From Vicinamibacterales bacterium (GTDB taxonomy: Bacteria > Acidobacteriota > Vicinamibacteria > Vicinamibacterales > JAMQPK01), in the NCBI GenBank assembly GCA_963744405.1, contig CAVUTO010000001.1, positions 52,339 through 116,338 on the forward strand: DNA of 64,000 bases. The letters run 5' to 3'. The notes below the pieces were generated by a model. It was not told the origin of the DNA. It worked only from the letters and a program-made list of their open reading frames with translations, and searched no databases. The position numbers and the translations under genes were made by a program. This document shows, one piece after another, positions 47,577 through 57,246 of this stretch (the first letter of the stretch is position 1; each line of letters starts with the position of its first letter).

Positions 47577-50500
47577 ATGACATTCCGATTGCTCTCATTC
47601 ATCCTGTCATAGTCCTTCTTGTGTTTCCGGCGTCCGGCCGCGCGCAGGTCGATCGCGCGGCACTTACGGGCATCGTGCACGACAGCTCTGGCGCCGTCGT
47701 GCCGGGCGCGCTCATCAAGCTGACGCCCATCGCCGGCGGCGCGGAGCGCGAGGTGAAAGCGACTGACGCCGGCGTGTATCAGGTCACCGGGCTCGGCTCC
47801 GGCGAGTGGCTCGTCGAGATTGCCGCCGCGGGCTTTCAGACAGTCGCGCAGACCGTCAGGCTCGAGGTCGGTCAGCGCGCGCAACTCGACGTGACGCTGC
47901 CGGTCGGCGGCGTCAGCGAACGCGTGCTCGTCGAAGGGGTCACGCCGCTGCTCGACACGCAGTCGGCGGTGCTCGGCACCGTGGTGAGCCAGAAAGAAAT
48001 CGCGACGCTTGCCGCTGGCGCTGCGCAACTGGGACGACATGCTGTTTCTCGTCCCCGGCGTCCAGGGTTACCGGTACACCGAGGAATCGGGCGGCACGTC
48101 GGCCGGCAGAACCGGCGGCATCAGCGTGCACGGGCACCGCTCGCTGCAGAACAACTTCCTGCTCGACGGCGTCGACAACAACAGCATCTCGACCAACGTG
48201 CAGGAGCTGTCGACGCAGCTCTCGCGGCCGTCCATCGACGCGATTGGCGAATTCAAAGTGGTGACGACGCCCGTTCACGGCCGAATACGGCCGCGCGCCA
48301 GGCGCCACGATTTCGGTGACCACGAAGTCGGGCAGCAACGCGCTGCGCGGCACGACCTACTACTACTTCCGCGACGAGCGGACTTCGACGCCAACACGTT
48401 CTTCTCGAACCGCTCCGGCTTGCCGAAGCCGACCAACAATCAGAATCAGTTCGGCGGCAGCCTCGGCGGACCGCTCCGAAAGGGCACGGCCTTCTTCTTC
48501 GCCGACTACGAAGGCACGCGCATCACGCGCGGCGTGCTGCGCACCGGCACCGTGCCGACGGCCGACCAGCGCAATGGCGTGTTCAGCATCGCCGATTCGC
48601 GATCCGCTGACCGGACAGAACTTCGCGAACAACACGATTCCGGCCTCTCGCATCGATCCGGTGGCCGCGGCGATTCTCGCGATGGTGCCGATGCCCAACG
48701 CCGCGGGCAGCAGCAATTTCATCCGCCAGCCGGACATCACCGACGACAACGACCGCTTCTCGGGCCGCTTCGACCTCCGCGGATCGTCCGAACGATAACT
48801 TCTTCGTTCGCTACAGCTACAACAAGCGATTTCCGTTTCGTGCCCGGATGGTTCGGCGGCCTGCTCGACGGCAGCTCGACGTCGGCCTGGGGACGCAACG
48901 ATCTGAACTCACAGAGCGCGGTAGCGGGGTGGACGAAGATCCTCGGCCCTTCTGTCGTCAACGAGTTCCGATACGCGTGGTCGCAGGGGCGCTCGGACGG
49001 CTACCAGGATCCCAAAGGCGAAGACGGCATGGCGTTGATCGGCTTCACCGGGGTCCCAGAGGAGAACCGCACTGGCGGCATCATCGGCGTCGACGTGCAG
49101 GGGCTCATCCGCATGGGCTCGCCGAACTTCATGCCGAAGTATCAGCACACCGACCAGATGCAGTTCATCGACACGATGTCCTTGCTCCGCGGCCCGCATC
49201 AGTTCAAGTTCGGCGCGGAAATCACGGCGCCGATGAAGAACAACTACGTCGACGTCCCCGCCACGCGGGGCGACACCGTGTTCCGCAACAACATGTTCAC
49301 GGGCAGCGCGCTGGCGGACTTCATGCTCGGCTATGCGACGTCGGTGCAGCTGTCGAACTTCCACGAAGTGCACCAGCGTCAGCACGCGTATTCGTTCTTC
49401 GTGCAGGACGATTACCGCGGCTACCGATCGGCTGACGTTGAATCTGGGCCTGCGGTACGACTTCGTCACGCCGCAGATGGATGCGGAGAACCGCGTGGCG
49501 AACTTCGATCCGGCAACCGGGCAGCTCTACTACGGCGCCGACGGCAGCATCGAAGATCGCGCGCTGGTCGCGCCCGACCGCAACAACTTCGGCCCGCGCC
49601 TCGGCATTGTCTACAAGGCGAATACGGCGACCGTCATCCGAGGTGGCTACGGCATCTACTACAACCTCGTCGAGCGGATGGGATCGGAAGATCAGCTGTC
49701 ACTGAATCCGCCCGGACTGCGGAACATCAGCATCACAGCCCCTGCCGGATCGACGACGCCCGCGTTGATTCTGCAGAATGGCTTCCCGCCGAACTATCTC
49801 GACGTCGGCGAATATCAACTACCGCACGCTGCTGCTGCGGACGGCGCAGCGCGACGGCAGGAGCTCGATGTTCCATCAGTTCGCCGTCGGCCTCGAGCGG
49901 CAGGTCTCGACGAGCTTCGTCGCGTCGGCGGACGTCGTCGGGTCGCTCGGGCGCAACATCACGCTGCTGCGAAATCTGAATCAGCCCGCCAACGGAAACG
50001 GGGCGCGGCCGTATCCGAACTTCGGCGCCATCCAGTACCGCGACCACGCGGGAGAAAGCCGGTATCGAGGGCTCGACCTCTCGCTCGAAAAGCGGTTCAG
50101 CCAGGGGCCACAGCTATCGCGTGTCGTACACGATCGGCGACCAGCGCGACAACACGCCGGAGCATCTGTCCGCTGCCTCGCCCCGGCCGCAGAACACCAA
50201 CGATCTCGACGCGTGGGAAGCGCCGGGCGACAACGACATCCGGCATCGCTTCGTCGGCAGCTTCATCGCCGACCTGCCGCTCGGCCAGCAATCCGATCCT
50301 GCGCGACTGGCTCGTCGCCGGCATCATGACGGCGCACACAGGACGGCCGTTCACCGTCACGCAAGGCAGTCTCGAGGGCGCCGGGTGGGTGCCGAATCGC
50401 GTTGCCGACACCGAGGGCCCGAAGACCGTCGACCAGTGGTTCAACGTCACCGATTTCCAGGTCGTGCCGGCGGGCACGTTCGGCGACGCGGGTCGAAACA

Positions 50501-50725
50501 TCCTGCGCGGGCCCGGCTGGTTCACGCTCGACTTCAGCCTGCAGCGCCGCATCGTGATGAGCGAGCGCGCTGGCGGCCACTCTGCGGTATGACGTATTCA
50601 ACGCCACCAACCGCACGAACTTCGGCAATCCGAACGCCGACGTCACCGCGGGCAATCGCGCGACGATCACGAGCCTTGCGGGCGACCCGCGGTCGATGCA
50701 GTTTTCGGTCCGGCTGGAGTTCTAA
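47577..50725 (+). pseudogene. TonB-dependent receptor (CarboxypepD_reg type), a dozen or more frameshifts
   Basis: RBS ggaggt sits 6 nt before ATG 47577 (MTFRLLSFI then a frame change to VIVLLVFPASGRAQ). Family text is scattered over all three frames: AALTGIVHDSSGAVVPGALIKL, LRNWDDMLFLVPGV, SVHGHRSLQNNFLLDGVDNN, AEYGRAPGA, FFFADYEGTR, LNLGLRYDF and RYDVFNATNRTNFGNP. It ends MQFSVRLEF, with the stop at 50723-50725. Confidence 0.85.
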
Positions 50726-50785
50726 CTTGTGAGGCTCACCAGCGGCTTGTCCCAGGCGACTGGTTCAGTATCATAATGGCTGTCT

Positions 50786-52249
50786 ATGAAGCCTTGGCAG
50801 ACACAGATTACCGTCATCCTTGCAGCCGGCACGGCCTGGGTGGCACTCGGGGCTCTGCAGACGGACCGAGAGTGGCTCGCCGGGGATTCGCACATTCATA
50901 GTCACTGGAGCGCCGACTACGACGAGACGAAGAATCCGCCCGAGCCGATCGTCGGCGTCGACGGCCGGTACGCCACGCCCATCAACGCACACCGCGCGCG
51001 GATGTACGGGCTCTCCTGGATGGTGACCACCGATCACGGCGGCCCGAACCACTCGAAACTGAATCTCACGCGCGCGTATGCGGAGCTCAGGGACTCGCGC
51101 AAAATGGTTCCCGAGGTGCTTCAGTTCTACGGCATGGAGCTCAACATGCCCGCGATGGATCATCACACGCTGATCATCCCGAACAGCGAGCGCGAAGCCT
51201 CGATGCTCTACGACATCGAGAGCCGCTTCGACTCGCAGGAGGCATGGCCACGGGATCCGTCACGCAATGAGGAGGCGCAGGCAAGGCGCGCGCTCGAGTA
51301 CATGAAGGCACTGCCGCTTCTGCCGCTGATGTTTGCCAATCATCCGTCTCGATCGGCGACGGGCGTCGGCGTGTACGGAGTCACCGAGCCGCGCGAATTG
51401 CGGGCGAATAACACCGTCGCGCCGGACGTGTATCGAGGCATGGAGGGCGCGCCGGGCCATCAGGCCGGGGGGCTCGCACGAGACGGCTCGCAGAAGCGCG
51501 ACGCGGCAGGAAATCCCGCGGGGGCGCGAGGTGCCTATGGCCGCGAAGGCGCTCGGACGTTCGGCGGCTTCGACCAGATGACGGCAATCGTCGGCGGACT
51601 GTGGGACTCGATGCTCGGGGAAGGCCGCCGCTTCTGGATCGTCGCGACGTCGGATTCACACGCGCACTATGCCGACGAGTCGCGAGCCGGCTCGGACTTC
51701 TGGCCTGGGGAGTATCAGAAGACGTATGTCCATGCGCAGCGAAGCTACAGCGGGGTGCTCGACGGGCTGCGCAGCGGACGGATATTTGCCGTCGCGGGCG
51801 ACCTCATTACAGGGCTCGACGTCCAAGTAGGCACAGGCCAGCGCATGGCCGGCCTCGGAGACACCCTCGCTGCCGAGAAGGGCCAGCAACTCGTCCTCAC
51901 GGTGAAGTTTCGCGACCCCGACTCCAACAACACGCACGGCGATAATCCGCGCGTCGCACGCGTCGACGTGATCGTGGGCGAGATTCACGGCGCATCCGAA
52001 GACGCAAACGCCGACCGCAACCAGACGGCTCGCGTGATTGCGAGGGTCGTCGAGAAGCAATGGAAGCGCGACGGCGACACCTACACTTTCACAACCCCGC
52101 TTCCACAGGCCGACCGCAGCTTCTACGTTCGGATCCGCGGCACGAACACCGATGACATGGAGCCTCCGATGGACGTCATCGGCGAGAGTCCATGGCCCGA
52201 TCTGTGGTTCTACTCCAACCCGATCTTCGTTGAGGTGGGCGGCCGCTAG
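50786..52249 (+). CDS. PHP/CehA-like metal-dependent phosphoesterase (predicted exported)
   Basis: Intact 487-aa ORF. It has an N-terminal hydrophobic segment, then WLAGDSHIHSHWS and WMVTTDHGGPNH His/Asp-rich motifs of the PHP-type fold. The call is tentative. Confidence 0.5.
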   Translation: MKPWQTQITVILAAGTAWVALGALQTDREWLAGDSHIHSHWSADYDETKNPPEPIVGVDGRYATPINAHRARMYGLSWMVTTDHGGPNHSKLNLTRAYAELRDSRKMVPEVLQFYGMELNMPAMDHHTLIIPNSEREASMLYDIESRFDSQEAWPRDPSRNEEAQARRALEYMKALPLLPLMFANHPSRSATGVGVYGVTEPRELRANNTVAPDVYRGMEGAPGHQAGGLARDGSQKRDAAGNPAGARGAYGREGARTFGGFDQMTAIVGGLWDSMLGEGRRFWIVATSDSHAHYADESRAGSDFWPGEYQKTYVHAQRSYSGVLDGLRSGRIFAVAGDLITGLDVQVGTGQRMAGLGDTLAAEKGQQLVLTVKFRDPDSNNTHGDNPRVARVDVIVGEIHGASEDANADRNQTARVIARVVEKQWKRDGDTYTFTTPLPQADRSFYVRIRGTNTDDMEPPMDVIGESPWPDLWFYSNPIFVEVGGR

Positions 52250-52276
52250 GCGCACCGCCGGTCGAAGCTGACATCA

Positions 52277-52438
52277 GCGGTTCGCAGGTCGAGTTCCAGT
52301 TCGGGGTTCTGGTTCTGGGTGCAGGTTCTGGTTCCGGGTTCCGGGTTCGCTGGAGCAGAAACCGAAAACACTCAGAGCGAGAACCTCTGGAACCAGAACC
52401 CCAGAACCCAGAACCACCCCAGAAAACCTCAGAACCGC
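52277..52438. repeat. About 160-bp imperfect palindrome whose arms are (GGTTCY)n / (RGAACC)n hexamer tracts
   Basis: The left arm is gcggttcgcaggtcgagttccagttcggggttctggttctgggtgcaggttctggttccgggttccgggttc. The right arm is gaacctctggaaccagaaccccagaacccagaaccaccccagaaaacctcagaaccgc. The reverse complement of the right arm starts with the same gcggttc as the left arm. It ends 46 nt before the ECF sigma start. Confidence 0.85.
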
Positions 52439-52484
52439 TGTGGCCACCAACGTCCCCGCCCTTTCCTCCGTCTAAGCTGTAAGG

Positions 52485-53009
52485 GTGAGCAGGCCGGATG
52501 CCGAACTGGTCGCGCGCTGCCGGGCGGGCGATAGCGATGCCTTCGAGTTGCTCTACCGGGAGCATTCGCCGCGGCTCTTTGCCCTCGCCCGCAGGATGAC
52601 GGGGTCTCCGCAGGAGAGCGAAGACCTTCTGCAGGACATCTTTCTCCAGGTCCATCGAAAGCTCGACAGCTATCGGGGAGACGCGGCGCTCGGCACCTGG
52701 CTGTATCGCCTGGCCATCCGCCAGTGCCTCGACTTTCTACGAAGCCGGCAGGGGCGGATGCGCGCGGCGTCGCACCCACTCGAAGACGACAGTACCCATA
52801 TGCCGTCGACGCGCGAGACCCACGGCGCAAGGATCGACATCGAACGTGCGGTCGCCCGGCTGCCGGAGGGATGCCGGGTTGCCTTCGTGCTCCACGACGT
52901 CGAAGGGCTCGAACACAAGCAGATCGGCGAGATGCTCGGCGTCAGTGAAAGCACCTCGAAGAGCCAGGTATTCAAGGCGCGCATCAAGCTGCGCGCGATG
53001 CTGCGATAA
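52485..53009 (+). CDS. ECF-type RNA polymerase sigma factor
   Basis: 174-aa ORF with GTG start. Region 2 reads DAFELLYREHSPRLFALARRMTGSPQESEDLLQDIFLQV...LGTWLYRLAIRQCLDFLR. Region 4 reads LPEGCRVAFVLHDVEGLEHKQIGEMLGVSESTSKSQVFKAR. Confidence 0.9.
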   Translation: MSRPDAELVARCRAGDSDAFELLYREHSPRLFALARRMTGSPQESEDLLQDIFLQVHRKLDSYRGDAALGTWLYRLAIRQCLDFLRSRQGRMRAASHPLEDDSTHMPSTRETHGARIDIERAVARLPEGCRVAFVLHDVEGLEHKQIGEMLGVSESTSKSQVFKARIKLRAMLR

Positions 53010-53014
53010 GACAC

Positions 53015-53828
53015 ATGACGCATCCAGACGAAGAAGTCCTGAACGATTACGTCGAACGCGAGCTCAGCCCGGCCGACCACGTTCGCATCGCCACGCATCT
53101 CGAGACGTGCGTCGACTGCGCGCTCGTCGTCGACGACATTCAGCAGATCGTGCGAGACGCCGCGGCCCTCGGTCCGATCGCGCCGCCTCCTCACGTGTGG
53201 GCGCGAATACAAGCGCAGCTCGAGACAGTCGGCAGTCGACAGTCCACAGTCCACAGTCGAAAGTCCACGGTCCACAGTCCACAGCCAACAGCCTGGAGTC
53301 CAGAGCCCACAGCGAGGCTGGCAGCCCTTTGCGTGGGCGGCAGCGACGGCCGCGCTCATCGTCATGGCATTTTTCACCGGGCGGTTTACCTACGAGCGCG
53401 AGCAACAGGACGCGGTTCAGCAAACCCCTGTCGCCAGTACCGGCCGCGCAAGCGTCGAAGACGCGAACGTGCGCGAGCGCGTGTTGCTCATCGCGGTGGG
53501 CGATCATCTCGAGCGATCGCAAATGGTGCTCGTCGAGCTGGCGCACGCCGACACGAGCGACGAACTCGATATTTCTGCGGAGCGGCAACTCGCGGACGAC
53601 CTGGTTGCGTCTAATCGCTTGTATCGCCAAACGGCGCAGCAGATGGGACAGACGAACGTGGCGGGGTTGCTCGACGAGCTCGAAAGAGTACTGGTCGAAG
53701 TGGCGCGCGGGCCGTCTACGGTGTCGATAGGGCAGCTCGCCGACATCCAGCAGCGTATCGAGGCGCTCGGAATTGTGTTCAAGGTCAAAGTGATCGGATC
53801 GGAAATCCGGCAGCAACCGGTTTCATAG
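53015..53828 (+). CDS. Anti-sigma factor (zf-HC2 N-terminus, one TM), frame broken inside a heptanucleotide repeat
   Basis: ATG 53015 lies 6 nt after the sigma stop. The N-terminus reads LNDYVERELSPADHVRIATHLETCVDCA. After the repeat tract (53226-53312) the sensible text is in frame +1: GWQPFAWAAATAALIVMAFFTGRF (TM), then the ORF 53364-53828. Confidence 0.75.
53226..53312 (+). repeat. Degenerate heptanucleotide tandem repeat (CAGTCCA consensus, about 12 units) inside the anti-sigma gene
   Basis: cagtcgg cagtcga cagtcca cagtcca cagtcga aagtcca cggtcca cagtcca cagccaa cagcctg gagtcca gagccca. All three frames are open across it. Confidence 0.9.
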
Positions 53829-53839
53829 GGAGAATCAAG

Positions 53840-55367
53840 GTGAGCTACACACGCTTCGTTGCGTTTACCGTCTGCGCGCTCGTCGCGCTGCCGGGTTCGG
53901 CACTCGCACAACCGCCGCAGCCGGTGCCGGCACTGCCAGCAACTCCAGCCCTGCCGCCGATGCCGCCGATACCGGTGCTGCCGGCATTTCCCCCGGTCAT
54001 GCCGGACTTGCCGATGTTGAAGGCCGACATCGAGCGGCTGAAGGCAGACAAGGAATTCTTCAAAATCGACAAGGAGCTCTTCAAGGCCGACATGGACGCG
54101 TGGAAGATCGACATGGAAGCCTTCAGAGCGGGCCTCGACGATTTCAAGGCCGACATGCTGTTCGAGTTCGCGCAAACCCCGAAGCCGGTCGCGGGTCCAA
54201 AGCCTGGCGCGGGTCCAAAGCCGGTGCCCAAAGAGATGCGCGTCGACAACAACGAGGATCGCAACTACCAGAACGGCACGCGGTCGCTCGACAACGGCCG
54301 CTGGGATGAAGCGATCGAACAGTTCACCCGCATCGTCGATCAGAACGGGACTCGCGCAGACGGCGCGATGTACTGGATCGCCTGGGCGCAGAACAAGCAG
54401 GGCAATAGCGCAGGCGGCGCTCGAATGGCTCGACAGGATGCGCAAGGCGTATCCGGAGAGCCGCTGGCTCACCGAAGGGGGCGCGCTCGCTGTCGAGATT
54501 CGCCAGCGCGCCGGCCAGCCAGTGAAGCCGGAAAACGTCCCCGACGAAGAGCTGCGGTTGATGGCGCTGAACAGCCTCGCGCGCGCCGACGATCAGCGTG
54601 CCATCCCGATGCTCGAGAAGATCGTCAACGGGACTGGATCGCCGCGCCTCAAGGAGCGCGCGCTCTATGTGCTGGCGCAGAACGGATCGCCGGAAGCGCG
54701 GCAGATCGTCATCAAAATCGCCCGCGGCGGCAACCCGGATCTTCAAGCGAGAGCCGTGCAGCACCTCGGTGCGTTTGGCGGCCCCGAAAGCAAGCAGGCG
54801 TTGCTCGACATCTTCAAGAGCTCCACGAACCTCGCCGTGAAGCGCAACATCCTCCGGTCGTTCATGAGCACGGGCGATCGCGCGCAACTGCTCGAAGTGG
54901 CGAGAACGGAGCCAATGCCGGAACTGCGCGCCGAAGCCGTGCAGCAGCTTGGCGCCATGGGCGCGCAGGAGCAATTGGCGCAGCTGTACGCCTCTGAAAA
55001 GAACGTGGAAGTGCGCAAGCGGATCATCCAGGCGATGTTCCAAAGGCACAACCCCGACGCGCTGCTGCAGTTGCTGAAAACCGAAACAGATCCGGAGCTT
55101 CGGCGCACTATCGTGCAGAACCTCGGCCAGATGGGATCTCCGCAGGGCGCGGCCGCCCTCGAGTCGCTGTATGCGTCGGAGAAAGACGAAGCGGTTCGTC
55201 GCAGCGTCATCGACGCCTTCGCGAATCAGCGCAATTCGAAGGTACTGATCGAGCTCGCGCGAAAGGAAACGGATCCGGCGATGAAGAAGCGCATCCTCGA
55301 GCGGCTGTCGCAGATGCGATCGCCCGAGGCGACCGACTACTTCATGGAAATCCTGGCGCAGCCATGA
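53840..55367 (+). CDS. Secreted HEAT-repeat protein with Pro-rich and heptad-repeat N-terminal regions; one frameshift
   Basis: GTG 53840 gives MSYTRFVAFTVCALVALPGSALA. The frame changes near 54400-54420 (…YWIAWAQNKQGN then AQAALEWLDRMRKAYPESRWL). The C-terminal half is made of HEAT/PBS-lyase-like units (RAVQHLGAFG, RAEAVQQLGAMG, RRTIVQNLGQMG). The stop overlaps the next start (ATGA). Confidence 0.7.
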
Positions 55368-56209
55368 AAGCCGCCGCGTTCGCCACGTTCGGCATCCTGG
55401 CGGCGTGTCCTGCATTCGCGCAGCAGCCGAGCTTCGTTAACGCGCGTGTCGTCACGCAGGCAGCACAACCGGACGTCGCGCGTGCAATTGCGGCAATCAC
55501 GAAAAGTGAAACCGGACCGGCGTGGATCGGCTACGCCGTTCCGGTTCTCAACAACGATCCAGCGGGACGTCACGATGGCTGGAGCGAGCGCTGCAGGCTC
55601 GAACAGCAGCGGGTGGATCCAGCGACTAACGCACCTGTGCAAGGGCCTGTCCGCCTCGAGCCCGCGCCGACGGTGATGGTGCTCGTGAGGGTGCAGGCCG
55701 GTGAGATTCGGCGCGTGCGCCCGGTCTCGGGCGACTGCCAGGTCGACGCGGGGGGTCTGCAGCTCTTCTGGCTCGGCGACGTCAACGGCGCACAGAGCAT
55801 CGATTTTCTCAAGACCCTCGTCAGCGACGTCGATACGGCGGACAAATCGGAAGCGGCATTGTCTGCGATGGCTCTGCACCGCGATCCGGCGGCCACGGCG
55901 GCGATTCTCGAGCTGGCGAAGAACGGCACGCCGCGAGTGCGCCAGCGCGCGCTCTTCTGGATCGCACGTCGCGCCGAATCGCAGGCCGCAGGCGTCATTA
56001 CCCAGGCAATCGACAACGATCCCGATGTCGAAGTGAAGAAGCAGGCCGTGTTCGCGCTCAGCCAGTTGCCGCGGAACGAGGGTATCCCGCTGCTCATCAC
56101 ATTGGCGCGGGGGCACACCCATCCGATCGTGCGGAAACAGGCGATGTTCTGGCTGGGACAATCGAAGGACCCGAGGGCGCTCAGCTTCTTCGAAGAGGTG
56201 CTGAGGTAG
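55364..56209 (+). CDS. Secreted HEAT-repeat protein
   Basis: 281-aa ORF with signal peptide MKAAAFATFGILAACPAFAQ. The C-terminal HEAT-like units are VRQRALFWIARRA, VKKQAVFALSQLP and VRKQAMFWLGQSKDP. Confidence 0.7.
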   Translation: MKAAAFATFGILAACPAFAQQPSFVNARVVTQAAQPDVARAIAAITKSETGPAWIGYAVPVLNNDPAGRHDGWSERCRLEQQRVDPATNAPVQGPVRLEPAPTVMVLVRVQAGEIRRVRPVSGDCQVDAGGLQLFWLGDVNGAQSIDFLKTLVSDVDTADKSEAALSAMALHRDPAATAAILELAKNGTPRVRQRALFWIARRAESQAAGVITQAIDNDPDVEVKKQAVFALSQLPRNEGIPLLITLARGHTHPIVRKQAMFWLGQSKDPRALSFFEEVLR

Positions 56210-56219
56210 GCAGTACCCG

Positions 56220-56347
56220 CTGTCCTCAACACGGGGGCACGGGCAACGCGTCGCGGACGCGTCGCCACGGAGTCTCCTGCGCCCCCCGGCGCCCCGGCGT
56301 CGCCATCTTAGGTATCTCCGTGCCCCCGTGCCTCAGTGTTGAGACAG
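56220..56347. repeat. About 128-bp nested palindrome at convergent gene ends (a different family from the REP-like copies)
   Basis: The outer arms are ctgtcctcaacacgggggcacgg / ccgtgcccccgtgcctcagtgttgagacag. The inner perfect palindrome is acgcgtc-gcg-gacgcgt (56246-56262), and cacggag / ctccgtg is also present. It lies between stops at 56209 (+) and 56371 (-). Confidence 0.8.
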
Positions 56348-56370
56348 CGATCAGCACAACGATGTGAGCG

Positions 56371-57246
56371 CTAATCCGAGAGATGTCGCCGCAGCTTCTC
56401 CATCGGCTGTTTCAGCGACCGTCCGCGCCGCCTCATATCGGCCCACGGGTCGCCGACCTTCGCAATGCGACCGGGCATGTTGCGCAGCGTGAAGGTGCGC
56501 GGCTCTACTTCCCCACGTTCCACTTCTTCCCACGTGCAGGGTGCCGACACCGGCGCGCCGGGCTTCGCTCGTACCGTGTAGGCGGCGGCGAACGTCGCGC
56601 TGTAGCCGTTGCGTCCCGTATCGACGTAAATCCGTCCGCGCCGATCAACCTTGTTGAACTCCTGCGTAAGGTGATCGGGCGCGTGACTCACGAAGAGCTT
56701 CCCCACCGCGTTCGCGAAACGCTCCACCTGTCCCATTTTCGTTTTCCCGTCGAGCGGGACGACGATGTGGAATCCTTTTGAGCCTGAAGTCTTGACCCAC
56801 GACGGCAAGCTGAGCGCTTCGAGCAGGTCGCGCAGACCGATCGCCGCGGCGCGAACCGCCGCCGGATCATCCTTAGACGGGTCGAGATCGAATACGCAGA
56901 TGTCGGGGGAATCCAGGTTCGGGACTCGCGAGGTCCACACATGCTGCGTGATGGTGTTCTGGTTCGTAATCCACAGCAGCGATCGCGTGTCGGTGACGAT
57001 CGGGTGGTTCACGACGCCCTCTTTTTTCGGAACCTTGACGCGCTCGAGCCACGAAGGAAACCCCTTCGACACATCTTTCTGCCAGAAGCCCTTCTTTCCG
57101 ATGCCCGCGGGGTACCGCTCCATCGTGATGGGCCGACCGCGCAGATGCGGCAGCATCACGGGCGCGACGGCTTCGTAATACGCCGCAAGATCACCTTTGG
57201 TGATCCCGTCAGTGGGGAAAAGCACCTTTTCTGGATGCGTGATCAT
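56371..57246 (-). CDS. LigD-type primase-polymerase (PolDom) as a stand-alone ORF
   Basis: ATG 57246 overlaps the ligase stop (ATGA). The text reads MITHPEKVLFPTDGITKGDLAAYYEAVAPVMLPHLRGRPITMERYPAG...DICVFDLDP...VKTSGSKGFHIVVPL...RIYVDTGRNGYSATFAAAYTVR. The 467-aa track ORF is an out-of-frame 5' extension through the ligase gene. Confidence 0.85.
   Translation of the reverse strand: MITHPEKVLFPTDGITKGDLAAYYEAVAPVMLPHLRGRPITMERYPAGIGKKGFWQKDVSKGFPSWLERVKVPKKEGVVNHPIVTDTRSLLWITNQNTITQHVWTSRVPNLDSPDICVFDLDPSKDDPAAVRAAAIGLRDLLEALSLPSWVKTSGSKGFHIVVPLDGKTKMGQVERFANAVGKLFVSHAPDHLTQEFNKVDRRGRIYVDTGRNGYSATFAAAYTVRAKPGAPVSAPCTWEEVERGEVEPRTFTLRNMPGRIAKVGDPWADMRRRGRSLKQPMEKLRRHLSD

Noticed and set aside
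52432-52475. Confident ECF-type promoter (GAACC ... CGTC) for the sigma operon
   Set aside because: Candidate -35 and -10 words exist, but the spacings (14 nt and 32 nt) do not fit the usual 16-17 nt. The cgtctaa box would leave an almost leaderless GTG start. It is reported only inside the palindrome finding.
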